From: a virus
Lineage: Duplodnaviria > Caudoviricetes
Virus record (IMG/VR): IMGVR_UViG_3300043418_000139
Span: 1-31,390 of that record
Direction: 5' to 3' (one strand)
DNA: 31,390 nt
Shown here: positions 1 to 9,176 of the stretch, in pieces
Layout of the letters: each line of letters starts with the position of its first letter
How positions within the stretch are numbered: position 1 is the stretch's first letter
Notes under the pieces: model-generated
The model's database searches: none
What the model saw: the letters and a program-made list of their open reading frames with translations, nothing else
What the model was told of the DNA's origin: nothing
Position numbers and translations under genes: made by a program

Positions 1-314
1 GCCATCGAGACAATGCTGGGGCTGACAGCCTCCGAGATCACGCGATCAAGATCGGTGTGCAGCCCGTAGACGCCGTCCGTCCCGAGCAAGGCCTCAAGCC
101 AGCCCTGGACGATGGCGAAAGTGAGCTCACCAAAGGGGATGAAGTTGTTCACATCCACCGGTCCGGTCGCACTTTCGCCGTAGACGCTGGCCGTATGGCC
201 TTGGCCATCGTCGGCATTCAGCCGCCAGTGAATGCTTTGAACGGCATTGCTGACGGTCTGGTAGGTTGGGTAAACATCAAGACGCTCGAACTGCCACACA
301 TACGTGTTGGACAA
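1..314 (-). CDS. Small tail-region protein, 3'-truncated by the window edge
   Basis: Not in the ORF track. TTG at 312-314 follows GAGGG and stays open to the window start: MSNTYVWQFERLDVYP...IHWRLNADDG...VYG...FIPFGELTFAIVQGWLEALLG, a pattern common in small phage proteins next to tail fibres. Confidence 0.7.
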   Translation of the reverse strand, partial: MSNTYVWQFERLDVYPTYQTVSNAVQSIHWRLNADDGQGHTASVYGESATGPVDVNNFIPFGELTFAIVQGWLEALLGTDGVYGLHTDLDRVISEAVSPSIVSM

Positions 315-339
315 GATTCCCTCGTCATCTGATTAAAGA

Positions 340-594
340 TCAGGGTTGAGCTCCCTCAACTGTGCTCATTGCCCCGGCCATGCTGTCAGCAACCCACGCC
401 GGGAGCGATGGGTCAATGACAACCGTATCAAAAGCTGAAGGTGGCGTCTCGACTTGAGTCGCTCCGGCTTGACGCCAGCCGAGCTCGCTCAGCAGCTCAT
501 CCGTAACAGCCTCCGCCGTGCGCGTGCTGAAGTCGGGAAGCCGAACTCGCTGGGGTCGTTCATCGTGCTGGTTTCCGTTTGGGTCAATCCACAT
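340..594 (-). CDS. Hypothetical tail-associated protein (84 aa)
   Basis: AAGGA RBS; co-oriented directly downstream of the LamG gene. Confidence 0.65.
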   Translation of the reverse strand: MWIDPNGNQHDERPQRVRLPDFSTRTAEAVTDELLSELGWRQAGATQVETPPSAFDTVVIDPSLPAWVADSMAGAMSTVEGAQP

Positions 595-605
595 TTCTAT
601 TCCTT

Positions 606-3341
606 TTAAGCAAGCTGGTACACGCCATACACGGCATTGGTCACTGCCTTGTAGGCGTTGGGCGTTGCGCCAAGTTCGGCCGCTGGAGGCGTGAAGTTTG
701 CGATGTACACGGCGCCATCTTTGGTAAAACGAAAATCATCGATGTAACCGTTGAAGAAGTTGGTCAGGCTGCGATCCGCCCCAATGACGACGTTTGCCGT
801 GTCGGTGAATGCGGTCGCGTAGGTGTAACTCGCCTCTTGCGTCCCATTGATGAACATCCTGAGCAATGAGCTTACGTCTCGCGTGACAGCAACGTGCGTC
901 CATGCTCCAGATGGAATGGAGGACGTCGATGTCATCGCAAGCGTTGATCCCACCGTGAATGTCAGCTTGTCCGATGCGTTCACCTGCAGCAGCCAGCCAG
1001 TAGTCGTTGCGCCTTTGCAGGCGATGGTGTGAATCACGCCGCTGGCAGCCCGATAAACCCACGCTTCCACAGTCATGACTGCGCTGGCCTGCAGCGGCGT
1101 TGCGTTTGCAATTAAAAGGTAGTCGCCGGCACCATCAAGAAGCAAAGAGCTCCCACCAAACTTGCTTTGAGCTGTGCTGATCTGGGCATCTCCGGCGACG
1201 GTGACGCCAAACCCGTTAGCGCTGCCGTCTGAGACCCCGATGTTGTCAAACTTCAATAGCATTTGCGTCTCTGCGGTGCTGGATAGCGGAGCTGATGGTG
1301 GCGTAAATGCCGCCGTGTACAGGGCCACTCCTTTTGCAATCCTGGGGTTCGCAATAAATCCCGTGAAGTATTCTTGCAGCGAGGCTCCACCTCGACGCCC
1401 AATGAGAAGCGGCGTGCTCGGCGTGACAAGGTACTGATTCATGGTAAATGTCGCTGAAGCGGCCAGGGCGCCGTTCCAGAACAGCTTGATGGTGCCGTTG
1501 TCATTTACGATGGCCAGGTGATACCAGGTTGCAATCGCCATTGTCGGGAACGTGGCGCTCTGAACAAGCTGCTCAGAAGTCCCGTTGCAGGCATACATGG
1601 CCAGGGTCTGACCCTCAAACCGCAAATCCCAGCCGTACCCTCGGTTAGTGCCGAAGTTCTGGTATGACATCACAGTTCTGTTGCCACTCACTGCTGAGTT
1701 GTTGACCCAGGCCTCAATCGTCCAGCTTGACTTACCAAGCCAGTCGTAGCCGGGATACCCAACCGAGACGGCCGATGATCCATTGAGTGACAAACTTCCT
1801 TGATACCCGCTGAACGGAGACGCCGCTGAAATTGACGGAGTTCCTGCCTCACTTTGCGCTGCCTGGCTGTAGCTGCTGTAGTCCTTGTACTGTGGGTTTT
1901 CGTATTTCAGCAGAAGCTGGGTCCCGGCGATGGCGGTCAACGGTGACGTTGGGGGAGTGAAGTTTGCCGTATAGACCGCAGACCCAGTGACGATGCGAAC
2001 GTTGCTCAGATAGCCAACCATCGAAACGGTGGTGTTGTAGTTGTTGTCAACGTACTCGCCGCCGATGCTCAGTCGCCAAGTACCGTAGCCGCCACTTGTC
2101 AGATCAAGACTTGCTGCATATGTCACAGTGGTTGCATCAGCGACACCGTTGATGTAGCAGCGAATCACGTCGCTCGAGTCACGCACCAGGGCGACATGGC
2201 ACCAAGCGCCAGTTGGAATGGATCCACTCGACGTGTAAATTGCGTTCCAGACGTTCCACGACCCGTTGCTGGCGTCGATGATCACCTTGCCAGACGTGTT
2301 GATGCGCACGCCGTACCCGCGCACATAGCCGGTAGACCACGCTCGGTTTGAAACAATGATCGCGCCGCTGGACGAGTACGAGCTGACGTACACCCAAGCC
2401 TCAATTGTGAATGTCCCAGTCGTAATTGGAACTGGGACGGCCAGGTACTGCGCGGCGCCAGAGCCAGGGAAATAGGTCGACCCGCCCACGGTCACCGCGC
2501 CACCAAAAGGCCCGAAGGCTTGACCAACCACGTTGCCAAACCGCGTCAGCGCAAACTTGTTGGTGCTGTTGTCGATATGAATAGCATCTTGACAAGTCAA
2601 GAGCGCGGTGTTTGCCACCGCCGTCAATGGTGCTGTTGGGGGCGTGAAAGCAGCTGTATAGATGGCACTCCCCTTTACAACCCGAAGATTGCTCAGGTTT
2701 CCAAGAAGCTGCTCGGCGTTGGCAGAGCTTGACCCAATCTTGCCTTGCGTGTCAGTCCAGTTGACCACGGTGGTCGAACTCCCGACCGATACGCCATCGA
2801 CGTAAAGCGTTGTTGTGGAGCCTAACCTGACAAGCGCAAAGTGCTGCCATGTGTTCAAGCTAATCGTAGCCGTGGATGTGATCAGGCTGGCCTGATACCA
2901 CACCTGCCAGTTTCCGGCTGTAGTCGTGCCGAAATAAAACCCAGTCGAGCTACTCGCTGAACTCCTGGTGTCAAAAATTGCATGCGACCGAATAGATGGG
3001 ACATTGACCCATCCTTCGATTGTGAAATCGCCGGTTCCAAACGCAAAAGATGATCCTGCTGGAGCGGTAAGGTAGTCACCGCTGCCGTCAAAGTACTGGC
3101 TCCACTTTCCATCACCACCCGACAAAGGCGACAGCTGCGACTGAACCGGAAGGAGGTTTCTGGTCACGAGATAAGCGTTTGTTGAGGAGTCAAGCACCCT
3201 GTTGCTATCGCCAGATCCGTTCGTCCCGTTCGCGTTGATCAGCAGCGAGCACGCCGTGGCAACGGGGCCGCGCTGACGCAAAACGCTTGGCGGGGTTGCT
3301 TTGGTGATGAGGCCTTGCCGGCCAAGGTGGATGCCGCTCAT
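606..3341 (-). CDS. Multi-LamG (concanavalin A-like lectin/glucanase) domain virion protein, probable adhesin
   Basis: Four repeats of [FWM]T[IV]E[GA]WV...W.H.A.V...G.[LI].[ND].R...Y.A.FTPP..L (911 aa). Confidence 0.85.
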   Translation of the reverse strand: MSGIHLGRQGLITKATPPSVLRQRGPVATACSLLINANGTNGSGDSNRVLDSSTNAYLVTRNLLPVQSQLSPLSGGDGKWSQYFDGSGDYLTAPAGSSFAFGTGDFTIEGWVNVPSIRSHAIFDTRSSASSSTGFYFGTTTAGNWQVWYQASLITSTATISLNTWQHFALVRLGSTTTLYVDGVSVGSSTTVVNWTDTQGKIGSSSANAEQLLGNLSNLRVVKGSAIYTAAFTPPTAPLTAVANTALLTCQDAIHIDNSTNKFALTRFGNVVGQAFGPFGGAVTVGGSTYFPGSGAAQYLAVPVPITTGTFTIEAWVYVSSYSSSGAIIVSNRAWSTGYVRGYGVRINTSGKVIIDASNGSWNVWNAIYTSSGSIPTGAWCHVALVRDSSDVIRCYINGVADATTVTYAASLDLTSGGYGTWRLSIGGEYVDNNYNTTVSMVGYLSNVRIVTGSAVYTANFTPPTSPLTAIAGTQLLLKYENPQYKDYSSYSQAAQSEAGTPSISAASPFSGYQGSLSLNGSSAVSVGYPGYDWLGKSSWTIEAWVNNSAVSGNRTVMSYQNFGTNRGYGWDLRFEGQTLAMYACNGTSEQLVQSATFPTMAIATWYHLAIVNDNGTIKLFWNGALAASATFTMNQYLVTPSTPLLIGRRGGASLQEYFTGFIANPRIAKGVALYTAAFTPPSAPLSSTAETQMLLKFDNIGVSDGSANGFGVTVAGDAQISTAQSKFGGSSLLLDGAGDYLLIANATPLQASAVMTVEAWVYRAASGVIHTIACKGATTTGWLLQVNASDKLTFTVGSTLAMTSTSSIPSGAWTHVAVTRDVSSLLRMFINGTQEASYTYATAFTDTANVVIGADRSLTNFFNGYIDDFRFTKDGAVYIANFTPPAAELGATPNAYKAVTNAVYGVYQLA

Positions 3342-3676
3342 TACACGATCTCCAGAGCCGACACGGTGACGTGCAGGTAGTTGGCCGCACTAGCCTGAGC
3401 CCGAAGTTTCTCGCCAGCCTTCAAAACAACCTTTTGGGCCACGACTTCCAGAGTGGTGTCGTTGGGCACAGGGATCGTGTGCGCCAGGCGCGACTGCTCG
3501 GTGTTCGCGCTATCGGTCTTGATGATCGAGACGTCAGCGCTCGCGTTCCCGTTCACGTTTGCTGCCATGATCGACAGCACGACGGACACAGCGCCGGTGC
3601 CGGTCGGAGCCTGGTAGACGTCAGTGACGTTGGTGGTGGAGAGCTGAACCTGCGCGTTGTTAAATGTGTTGGCCAT
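3341..3676 (-). CDS. Small beta-rich virion/tail protein (111 aa)
   Basis: TAATG coupling to the LamG gene; KVVLKAGEKLRA pattern typical of small tail-region proteins. Confidence 0.75.
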   Translation of the reverse strand: MANTFNNAQVQLSTTNVTDVYQAPTGTGAVSVVLSIMAANVNGNASADVSIIKTDSANTEQSRLAHTIPVPNDTTLEVVAQKVVLKAGEKLRAQASAANYLHVTVSALEIV

Positions 3677-3678
3677 GA

Positions 3679-6600
3679 TTAACCCAATGCGATTGAAAGA
3701 GCGATGACGTCAGCGAGTGTTGCCCCACCGCCGCCACTGGCGCCCGGGATTGTAACGGTCACCGCTCCGCCAGAAGTTGTTGCTGTGACGCCAGATCCTA
3801 CGAAGTTGATGCTGGCTGCCGCGGACGTGAGGGTGGCGCCCTCATCAAGAACTTGAAGCGATCCGCCGCCGGACCCGCTTGCTGCTGTGGTCTGCACCGT
3901 GCCGTCGGGGAACTTAAACCCGCCGGTCGTGGACTGGACCAAGCCAGCCACCGACGCGGAACCGTTGACTTGCAGCTTGTCGGTGGCGTTATCGGTTGCG
4001 GTGCCGATCAGCAGGTTGCGCGTGGCAGGCATGAGGCGCATGGCCATGATGCCGTTGACGCCAAACACGAGGGGGTTCGAGTTGCCTGTGCCGGAGATGA
4101 TGTGCGCGCCAGCGACACCCCAGAAATTGCCAGCACTGTCGTCGCGACCGACGTACAGCGTGCCGCCTGAGTTCTGAAATTGGCTGTAGATGAGCGCATC
4201 AGAAGCGGTGTAACCCAAGAGGGCCTGGCCAGCACCAGTAACGGAGACCTTCGTGGTGGTGAGTGACCCGTTGACCTGCAGCTTGTCTGTGGCATTGTCA
4301 GTAGACGTGCCGATCAGGAAGTTTTTGGTCGTCGGGTCGAAGCGTGCAGCTTCTGTGTTGGAGAAGATAAACGTGATTGGATTGAGTGCGCCGGTGCCGA
4401 TGTAGCCCGACACAATGCGCACCTGGGATGAGCTCGCCACAAGGGCGCCAATCGATGCGTTGTCTGGGTTCGATGAGTTGTAGACCTGAACTTGCGAATT
4501 CACAGCCGTCCCGTTTGGGATCACTGTAAGTAGCGTTTGGCCGTTTGTCGTCGACGTCTGAAACGCGGTGCGACTTGCGACGGTGCCGTTGCTAAAGTCG
4601 CCCGTGATACGAAGGCCGGTGCCGCTGAAGGCGAGGCCACCGGTCAGGGTGCCGCCAGCCAAAGGCAGGTACGTCGAAGACGCTGAGCTTGTGGTCAAGT
4701 ACGAGCTCATGCCAGACTGGGTCTGATACGTGCTGGCTGCGGTCGCGGTCGTCAAGTAAGACGACATGCCTGCTTGCGTCTGATACGTCGAGGCCGCCGT
4801 AGACGACTTCAGGTAGCCCTGACCAATCACGTACGCAGTGGTCGCAAGCTGCGTGGTGTTGGTGTCAACCGCTGCAGTCGGAGCCGCTGGAGTGCCGGTC
4901 AGCGTTGGGCTGGCCAATGGCGCGTACGTGCTTGAGGCGCTGGATGTCGTCAGATAAGGCGTCAGAGCCGAGCTGGTGATGTACCCGCTTGGGTTGGTCG
5001 CGTTGTATGGGGTGAAGCCGAGGGCCGTGGTGACATCAGACGATGTGATGCCGGTCAGGTACGTCGAAGTGTCCAGCGCCCAGGTGTTGGCCGCGGTCTT
5101 CTTCAAGATACCCGACGTGCCAACCAGGCCAGCAATGGATGTGAGGTCGCCATCGAGCGGCTGGTAGGTAGCAGCGGCGACGGAGCTCGTCAGATACGGG
5201 CTGAGTGCTGCCGACGTAATGTAGCCGGACGGGTTCGAGCTGTTGTAGGGCGTGAAGCCAAGAGCGGTGGTGACGTTCAGGCTGGTCAGTTCGCCGCGGA
5301 TGGTGGCGCTCGATTTGTTCTCGACGTTGCCCAATCCGAGATTGGTGCGGGCCGATGTCGCGCTAGAAAGGTCAGAGAGGTTATTGGCAGCAAGCAGAGC
5401 GCCGGAGAGTGACGAGTATGCGGCAAGCCAAACGGACCCGTCGTAGACCTTCATGCCGCCGCCGGCAGCCATCGAGTTTGAGTTGTAGTACAGGTTGCCA
5501 GAAGCCAGTGGCCCGCCAGTGTTGTCGGTGGTCGGGTCGGAAGTTTTCGACCCAAGGTACTGGTCGTTGAAGTTGGCAAACGCAGCCAACGCCGAGTCGC
5601 GCGCAGCTTCGGCGCCAGTCTTGGCTGTGGCTGCAGCCGTGGCGCTGGAAGCCGCATTGGTCGCCTGCGTGGTAGCCGTGGTTGCAGAGTTCGATGCGGA
5701 AGTCGCGCTGGATGCGGCGGACGTGGCGGAGCCAGCCGCAGAAGTTGCGCTGTTGGACGCGTTTGTCGCCTGGGTGGATGCGGTCGTTGCGCTGCCCGCG
5801 GCATTGGTTGCACTTGTGGCGGCGGATGACGCCGAGCCAGCTGCATTGGTTGCACTGGTTGCTGCGTTGGACGCGCTGGTCGAGGCGTCGCCGGCTTTGG
5901 TCGTTGCAATGCCGGCCTGAGTCGTTGCGGTTGCAGCATTCGATGAGGCCGACGTCGCAGACGAAGCCGCGGCAGTCGCACTGTTTGCGGCGTTGGTGGC
6001 AGAGGTTGCGGACTCACCAGCCTTCGTTGTGGCAACGGCGGCCTGCGAGGTTGCCGTGGATGCTGATGTCGACGCACCGCTGGCGCTGGTGGCCGCGTTG
6101 GATGCAGAGGTCGATGCAGCCGATGCGCTTGACGCGGCCGCGGTTGCCGATGTCGCGGCATTTGATGCACTGGTAGATGCTTCGGATGCTTTGGTCGTTG
6201 CAGTGGTGGCGCTTGCTGCTGCGCTGGTGGCGCTGGAGCTGGCCGCTGTAGCGCTCGTGGCGGCATTGGTAGCTAATGTCGCTGCGTCGGATGCTTTCGT
6301 CGTTGCGGTTGCGGCTGAGCCGGCTGCCGTTGTGGCGCTGCCTGCGGCTGCGGTTGCCGAGTTGGCTGCGTTAGTGGCCGACGTGCCGGCAGCGATTGCG
6401 CTCGAGGCGGCTGCAGTCGCAGCAGCCGAAGCCTCGCTCGCCTTGGTTGTTGCTGTGGTGGCAGACGCTGCAGCAGCATTAGCCGACGATAGAGCCTCGC
6501 CAGCTTTGGTTGATGCAGTCGTTGCCGACGTGCCGGCGTTTGATGCGGACGTGGATGCAGAGGATGCGGAGATCGAGGCAGAGGATGCCGAGCTCGAGGC

Positions 6601-6894
6601 GGATGCCGCGGCGGTCTCGGCCTGGGTCTTGGCAAGCAAGGCCTCTGGCGTGACGTCACCGGTATCGCCCTTGGCGCCTTGAGGGATGCCGAAGTTCAGG
6701 ATCGCAGCCGACGGTGTGCCGGCGTTGGTGATCTGAACCGGCTGGCCAGGGCTGAGCGTTGTTACGGTCCCGACAGTGGTGGTCGCGCTTGCGCCCTGGG
6801 GGCCGGCAGCAACCACCTCAATGATGTTTGCCGCAGCAACTTCTTGGATGACGACCGTTGCGCCAATTTCTTCGACGACAACCAGGTCGCTCAT
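3679..6894 (-). CDS. Tail fibre protein (1071 aa)
   Basis: Long Ala/Ser/Thr heptad-like stalk resembling lambda Stf, ARTNLGLG motif, SPTLTGTPAAPT...NTTQLATTAYV motif, YLPLAGGTLTG, and duplicated IGT.TDNATDKLQVNGS modules. Confidence 0.9.
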   Translation of the reverse strand: MSDLVVVEEIGATVVIQEVAAANIIEVVAAGPQGASATTTVGTVTTLSPGQPVQITNAGTPSAAILNFGIPQGAKGDTGDVTPEALLAKTQAETAAASASSSASSASISASSASTSASNAGTSATTASTKAGEALSSANAAAASATTATTKASEASAAATAAASSAIAAGTSATNAANSATAAAGSATTAAGSAATATTKASDAATLATNAATSATAASSSATSAAASATTATTKASEASTSASNAATSATAAASSASAASTSASNAATSASGASTSASTATSQAAVATTKAGESATSATNAANSATAAASSATSASSNAATATTQAGIATTKAGDASTSASNAATSATNAAGSASSAATSATNAAGSATTASTQATNASNSATSAAGSATSAASSATSASNSATTATTQATNAASSATAAATAKTGAEAARDSALAAFANFNDQYLGSKTSDPTTDNTGGPLASGNLYYNSNSMAAGGGMKVYDGSVWLAAYSSLSGALLAANNLSDLSSATSARTNLGLGNVENKSSATIRGELTSLNVTTALGFTPYNSSNPSGYITSAALSPYLTSSVAAATYQPLDGDLTSIAGLVGTSGILKKTAANTWALDTSTYLTGITSSDVTTALGFTPYNATNPSGYITSSALTPYLTTSSASSTYAPLASPTLTGTPAAPTAAVDTNTTQLATTAYVIGQGYLKSSTAASTYQTQAGMSSYLTTATAASTYQTQSGMSSYLTTSSASSTYLPLAGGTLTGGLAFSGTGLRITGDFSNGTVASRTAFQTSTTNGQTLLTVIPNGTAVNSQVQVYNSSNPDNASIGALVASSSQVRIVSGYIGTGALNPITFIFSNTEAARFDPTTKNFLIGTSTDNATDKLQVNGSLTTTKVSVTGAGQALLGYTASDALIYSQFQNSGGTLYVGRDDSAGNFWGVAGAHIISGTGNSNPLVFGVNGIMAMRLMPATRNLLIGTATDNATDKLQVNGSASVAGLVQSTTGGFKFPDGTVQTTAASGSGGGSLQVLDEGATLTSAAASINFVGSGVTATTSGGAVTVTIPGASGGGGATLADVIALSIALG

Positions 6895-7241
6895 CGTGTG
6901 ATCTCCTGAGAAACGGTGATCTGACCCTCGATGAGGCGCACCACGGTGCCATCGGCAGCGGTGAGCTCGAGGTCGTACTTGCCGCGCTTCCAGGTGATGG
7001 CGGCGGTTGTAGCGGCGCTGAAGATCAGGTTGATCGAGCCAGTCAGTGGCGTGATCGTGATCTTGCCGTTGGAGGTGGACATCTCGAGCAAGACGTCCTC
7101 CGAGGCAATGCTTTGGCGCACTTGCATCTTGGCAGTCCAGCCTGTCAGGTTGACGGCCGTACCGGTGCTGTCTTTCCAGACAATGGGCTTGATCAGGGTC
7201 GCGCCCTGCTCAATGTCGAAATCGTATGTTGCTGCAGCCAT
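6891..7241 (-). CDS. Conserved virion protein, probable fibre attachment/Ig-like domain (116 aa)
   Basis: IEQGAT...VNLTGWTAKMQVR...YDLEL...RLIEGQITVS.EITR; ATGA overlap with the fibre gene. Confidence 0.75.
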   Translation of the reverse strand: MAAATYDFDIEQGATLIKPIVWKDSTGTAVNLTGWTAKMQVRQSIASEDVLLEMSTSNGKITITPLTGSINLIFSAATTAAITWKRGKYDLELTAADGTVVRLIEGQITVSQEITR

Positions 7242-7252
7242 GTGTTTCTCTT

Positions 7253-7897
7253 TCAGCGGTAACCGTAGCGGACGGGACGAACGCGAACGCTGCCGGCCAC
7301 CTTGTCGTGGGCGACGTTGACCTTTGCCTTGGTGACACCCTCGTCGTACATCGACTGATTCACCATGGCCAACTGTGGATTGCTCCAGCTCTTGTTGGGC
7401 ATGATCATTAGGCGAGCCTTGGCACCGGCCATCAGCTCATCGAGGTATGTGCTGACGAGGAACTTGGGGATGAAGTCGCCAAACTGGTCGGGCGTGTACA
7501 CGGCGCGGATGGTCATCTTTGCGCCGTTGGCACCCATCGGGATTGGGTAGATGCGCACGACCGAGTTGTCGTTCGGGCAGTTGTAGTAGGCGGGGTCGGA
7601 GCCCTGCGACTCTTGCCAGTTGGGGATGAGCTCCTGCAGGCGCTCCATGGTCACGGGCACGAGCTCGCGGTTGACCATCCAGATCGACTTGATCGTGACA
7701 ATCTGCGCGCCCTTGGGTGTGTCAAGGTCGTACTCGTTGATGCCGTCTTGCACGGAGACCGGATCCTGGATCTCGCTCCAGACGCCGGTGTTCCAGCAGA
7801 AGTCGTTGCAGGTGCGCATGATGGCCTGCTTGACCAGCGCATCCGGAGCGCCTGGCACCTCGGGCAGGATGTACGGCAGAAGTTCTGTTGGCGTCAT
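7253..7897 (-). CDS. Head-tail adaptor / tail tubular protein-like (214 aa)
   Basis: Position after the capsid genes; G.P.YY...RIYP.P motif; MPNKSWSNPQLA. Confidence 0.7.
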   Translation of the reverse strand: MTPTELLPYILPEVPGAPDALVKQAIMRTCNDFCWNTGVWSEIQDPVSVQDGINEYDLDTPKGAQIVTIKSIWMVNRELVPVTMERLQELIPNWQESQGSDPAYYNCPNDNSVVRIYPIPMGANGAKMTIRAVYTPDQFGDFIPKFLVSTYLDELMAGAKARLMIMPNKSWSNPQLAMVNQSMYDEGVTKAKVNVAHDKVAGSVRVRPVRYGYR

Positions 7898-7899
7898 GT

Positions 7900-8667
7900 T
7901 CAGGCCTTGGGTGTGTCAGCCATTGGCAGAGTCTTGAGGTTGGGATTGACGCCAGTGATGGCTGCTGCCTGGGCGTTGATGCTGCTGACGAACTGCTGCG
8001 CATACGTGGCGTACAGGCCAGCGTTGGCCGCGTTTTCGGCGTCCTTGAGATAGGCGCGCGCCAGGATGTAGGAGACCAGGTCATCGACGAACTTGTCGTC
8101 AATGGAGATCTTGGTGGTGTCGCTGCCGGACCAATCGTAGGTGCCGCCAGGAGGGACGGCCGCGGGATCGGCCAGGTAGGAGAGCTCGACCCACACGTTG
8201 CTCGTCGAAGGCACGCCGGGGTTGACGTAGAAGTTCTTGGGGCTGCGGGGGTCGAAGACGAATTCGGAGACGGCAGTACCGGTGGTGGTGTGCCAGTCGG
8301 GTGTGTTGAGATCAAGGACCTCACGGTCAACCAGGCGGATAGCCCGGCCTACCGTGCTGCCATTGGCGCCCATGTTCCGGATCACGGAGGTGAGCGCGTT
8401 GCCATTCACGGCGGCAGGCGTTGAGCCGTCGCCGGGAATGACGCTGCCACTGGCAATCGATGAGATCGACTGCTTTGTGCCAGGTGCGAGCTTGACGGCA
8501 TCCACGCGAGAGCAAGCAGTGGGGATGTACTTTGCGATGGCGATTTGGCCATCATTGAGCGCAACCACGAGGCTGCGCGAAGTCCATCGCTGGAACTGCG
8601 GGCTGAGGTCATGCAGCGCGTCAGAGACGCGATACAGGACATCTTTTACGAGCGTGTTTGCCGCCAT
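7900..8667 (-). CDS. Adaptor-like virion protein (DUF6682-like, 255 aa)
   Basis: RWT...L...LNDGQ...FYVNP...LVSYILARAYLKDAE pattern; position in the head-tail module. Confidence 0.7.
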   Translation of the reverse strand: MAANTLVKDVLYRVSDALHDLSPQFQRWTSRSLVVALNDGQIAIAKYIPTACSRVDAVKLAPGTKQSISSIASGSVIPGDGSTPAAVNGNALTSVIRNMGANGSTVGRAIRLVDREVLDLNTPDWHTTTGTAVSEFVFDPRSPKNFYVNPGVPSTSNVWVELSYLADPAAVPPGGTYDWSGSDTTKISIDDKFVDDLVSYILARAYLKDAENAANAGLYATYAQQFVSSINAQAAAITGVNPNLKTLPMADTPKA

Positions 8668-8676
8668 GCGTTACTT

Positions 8677-9033
8677 TCAGTGGGTGCTGAAGGCGAATCG
8701 GTTGCTGACGCGTTCGATCAGCTGACTGTCTTTGCCGGGGTGGTAGGTCGAGGTCTTGGCGTTCTCGAGGATGAAGACCAGCTCTTCTGGCACTTCAACG
8801 GGCACGCCGCGTGGCACCTGGTACATGTAGCCGTTCAAACCGATCGGCACAGCATCGTGGCCACCCTCGGAGTCGGAGGTGTGGATGGTGATGGTCTTCT
8901 TCTTGCCGGACAGGGCAATGTCGTGACCGTCAACCTTGGGGGTGCGCTTGGCACCGGTGGATTTTGCGGCAGCGGCCGTAGCCACAGGAGCGTCGTCGTC
9001 GATGGACGAGATTTGGGTGTCGTTGTTTGCCAT
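8677..9033 (-). CDS. Conserved capsid-downstream protein (118 aa)
   Basis: Start moved to ATG 9033 after GAGGA; V.IGLNGY.YQVPRGVPVEVPE.LV.ILENA motif seen next to N4-gp56-type capsid genes. Confidence 0.75.
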   Translation of the reverse strand: MANNDTQISSIDDDAPVATAAAAKSTGAKRTPKVDGHDIALSGKKKTITIHTSDSEGGHDAVPIGLNGYMYQVPRGVPVEVPEELVFILENAKTSTYHPGKDSQLIERVSNRFAFSTH

Positions 9034-9050
9034 GGTTTCCTCACAGATTG

Positions 9051-9080
9051 AAAAAGGTGCCGTGGATTTCCCGCCACGGC
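9051..9080 (-). terminator. Putative intrinsic terminator 2 downstream of the capsid gene
   Basis: GCCGTGG-loop-CCACGGC followed by ACCTTTTT on the minus strand. Confidence 0.45.
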
Positions 9081-9112
9081 GTCGGGTTGGTCGCAATTAA
9101 CTGCTGCGCACC

Positions 9113-9143
9113 AAAAATAGAAGCCCCCGAAACTTCCGGGGGC
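9113..9143 (-). terminator. Intrinsic terminator downstream of the capsid gene
   Basis: GCCCCCG-GAAGTTT-CGGGGGC then TTCTATTTTT on the minus strand. Confidence 0.75.
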
Positions 9144-9176
9144 AGCGCCTGAATGCCGGTGTTACCCGGCAATCAA

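Noticed and set aside
5451-6682. Long alternative-frame and antisense ORFs (Pro/Arg/Gln-rich or Ala/Val/Asp-rich) within the tail fibre
   Set aside because: Shadows of the low-complexity Ala/Ser/Thr codon repeats; no RBS or family features.
606-6894. Diversity-generating retroelement acting on the fibre or adhesin
   Set aside because: No reverse transcriptase and no adenine-specific TR/VR pair seen; the repeats are ordinary in-frame protein duplications.
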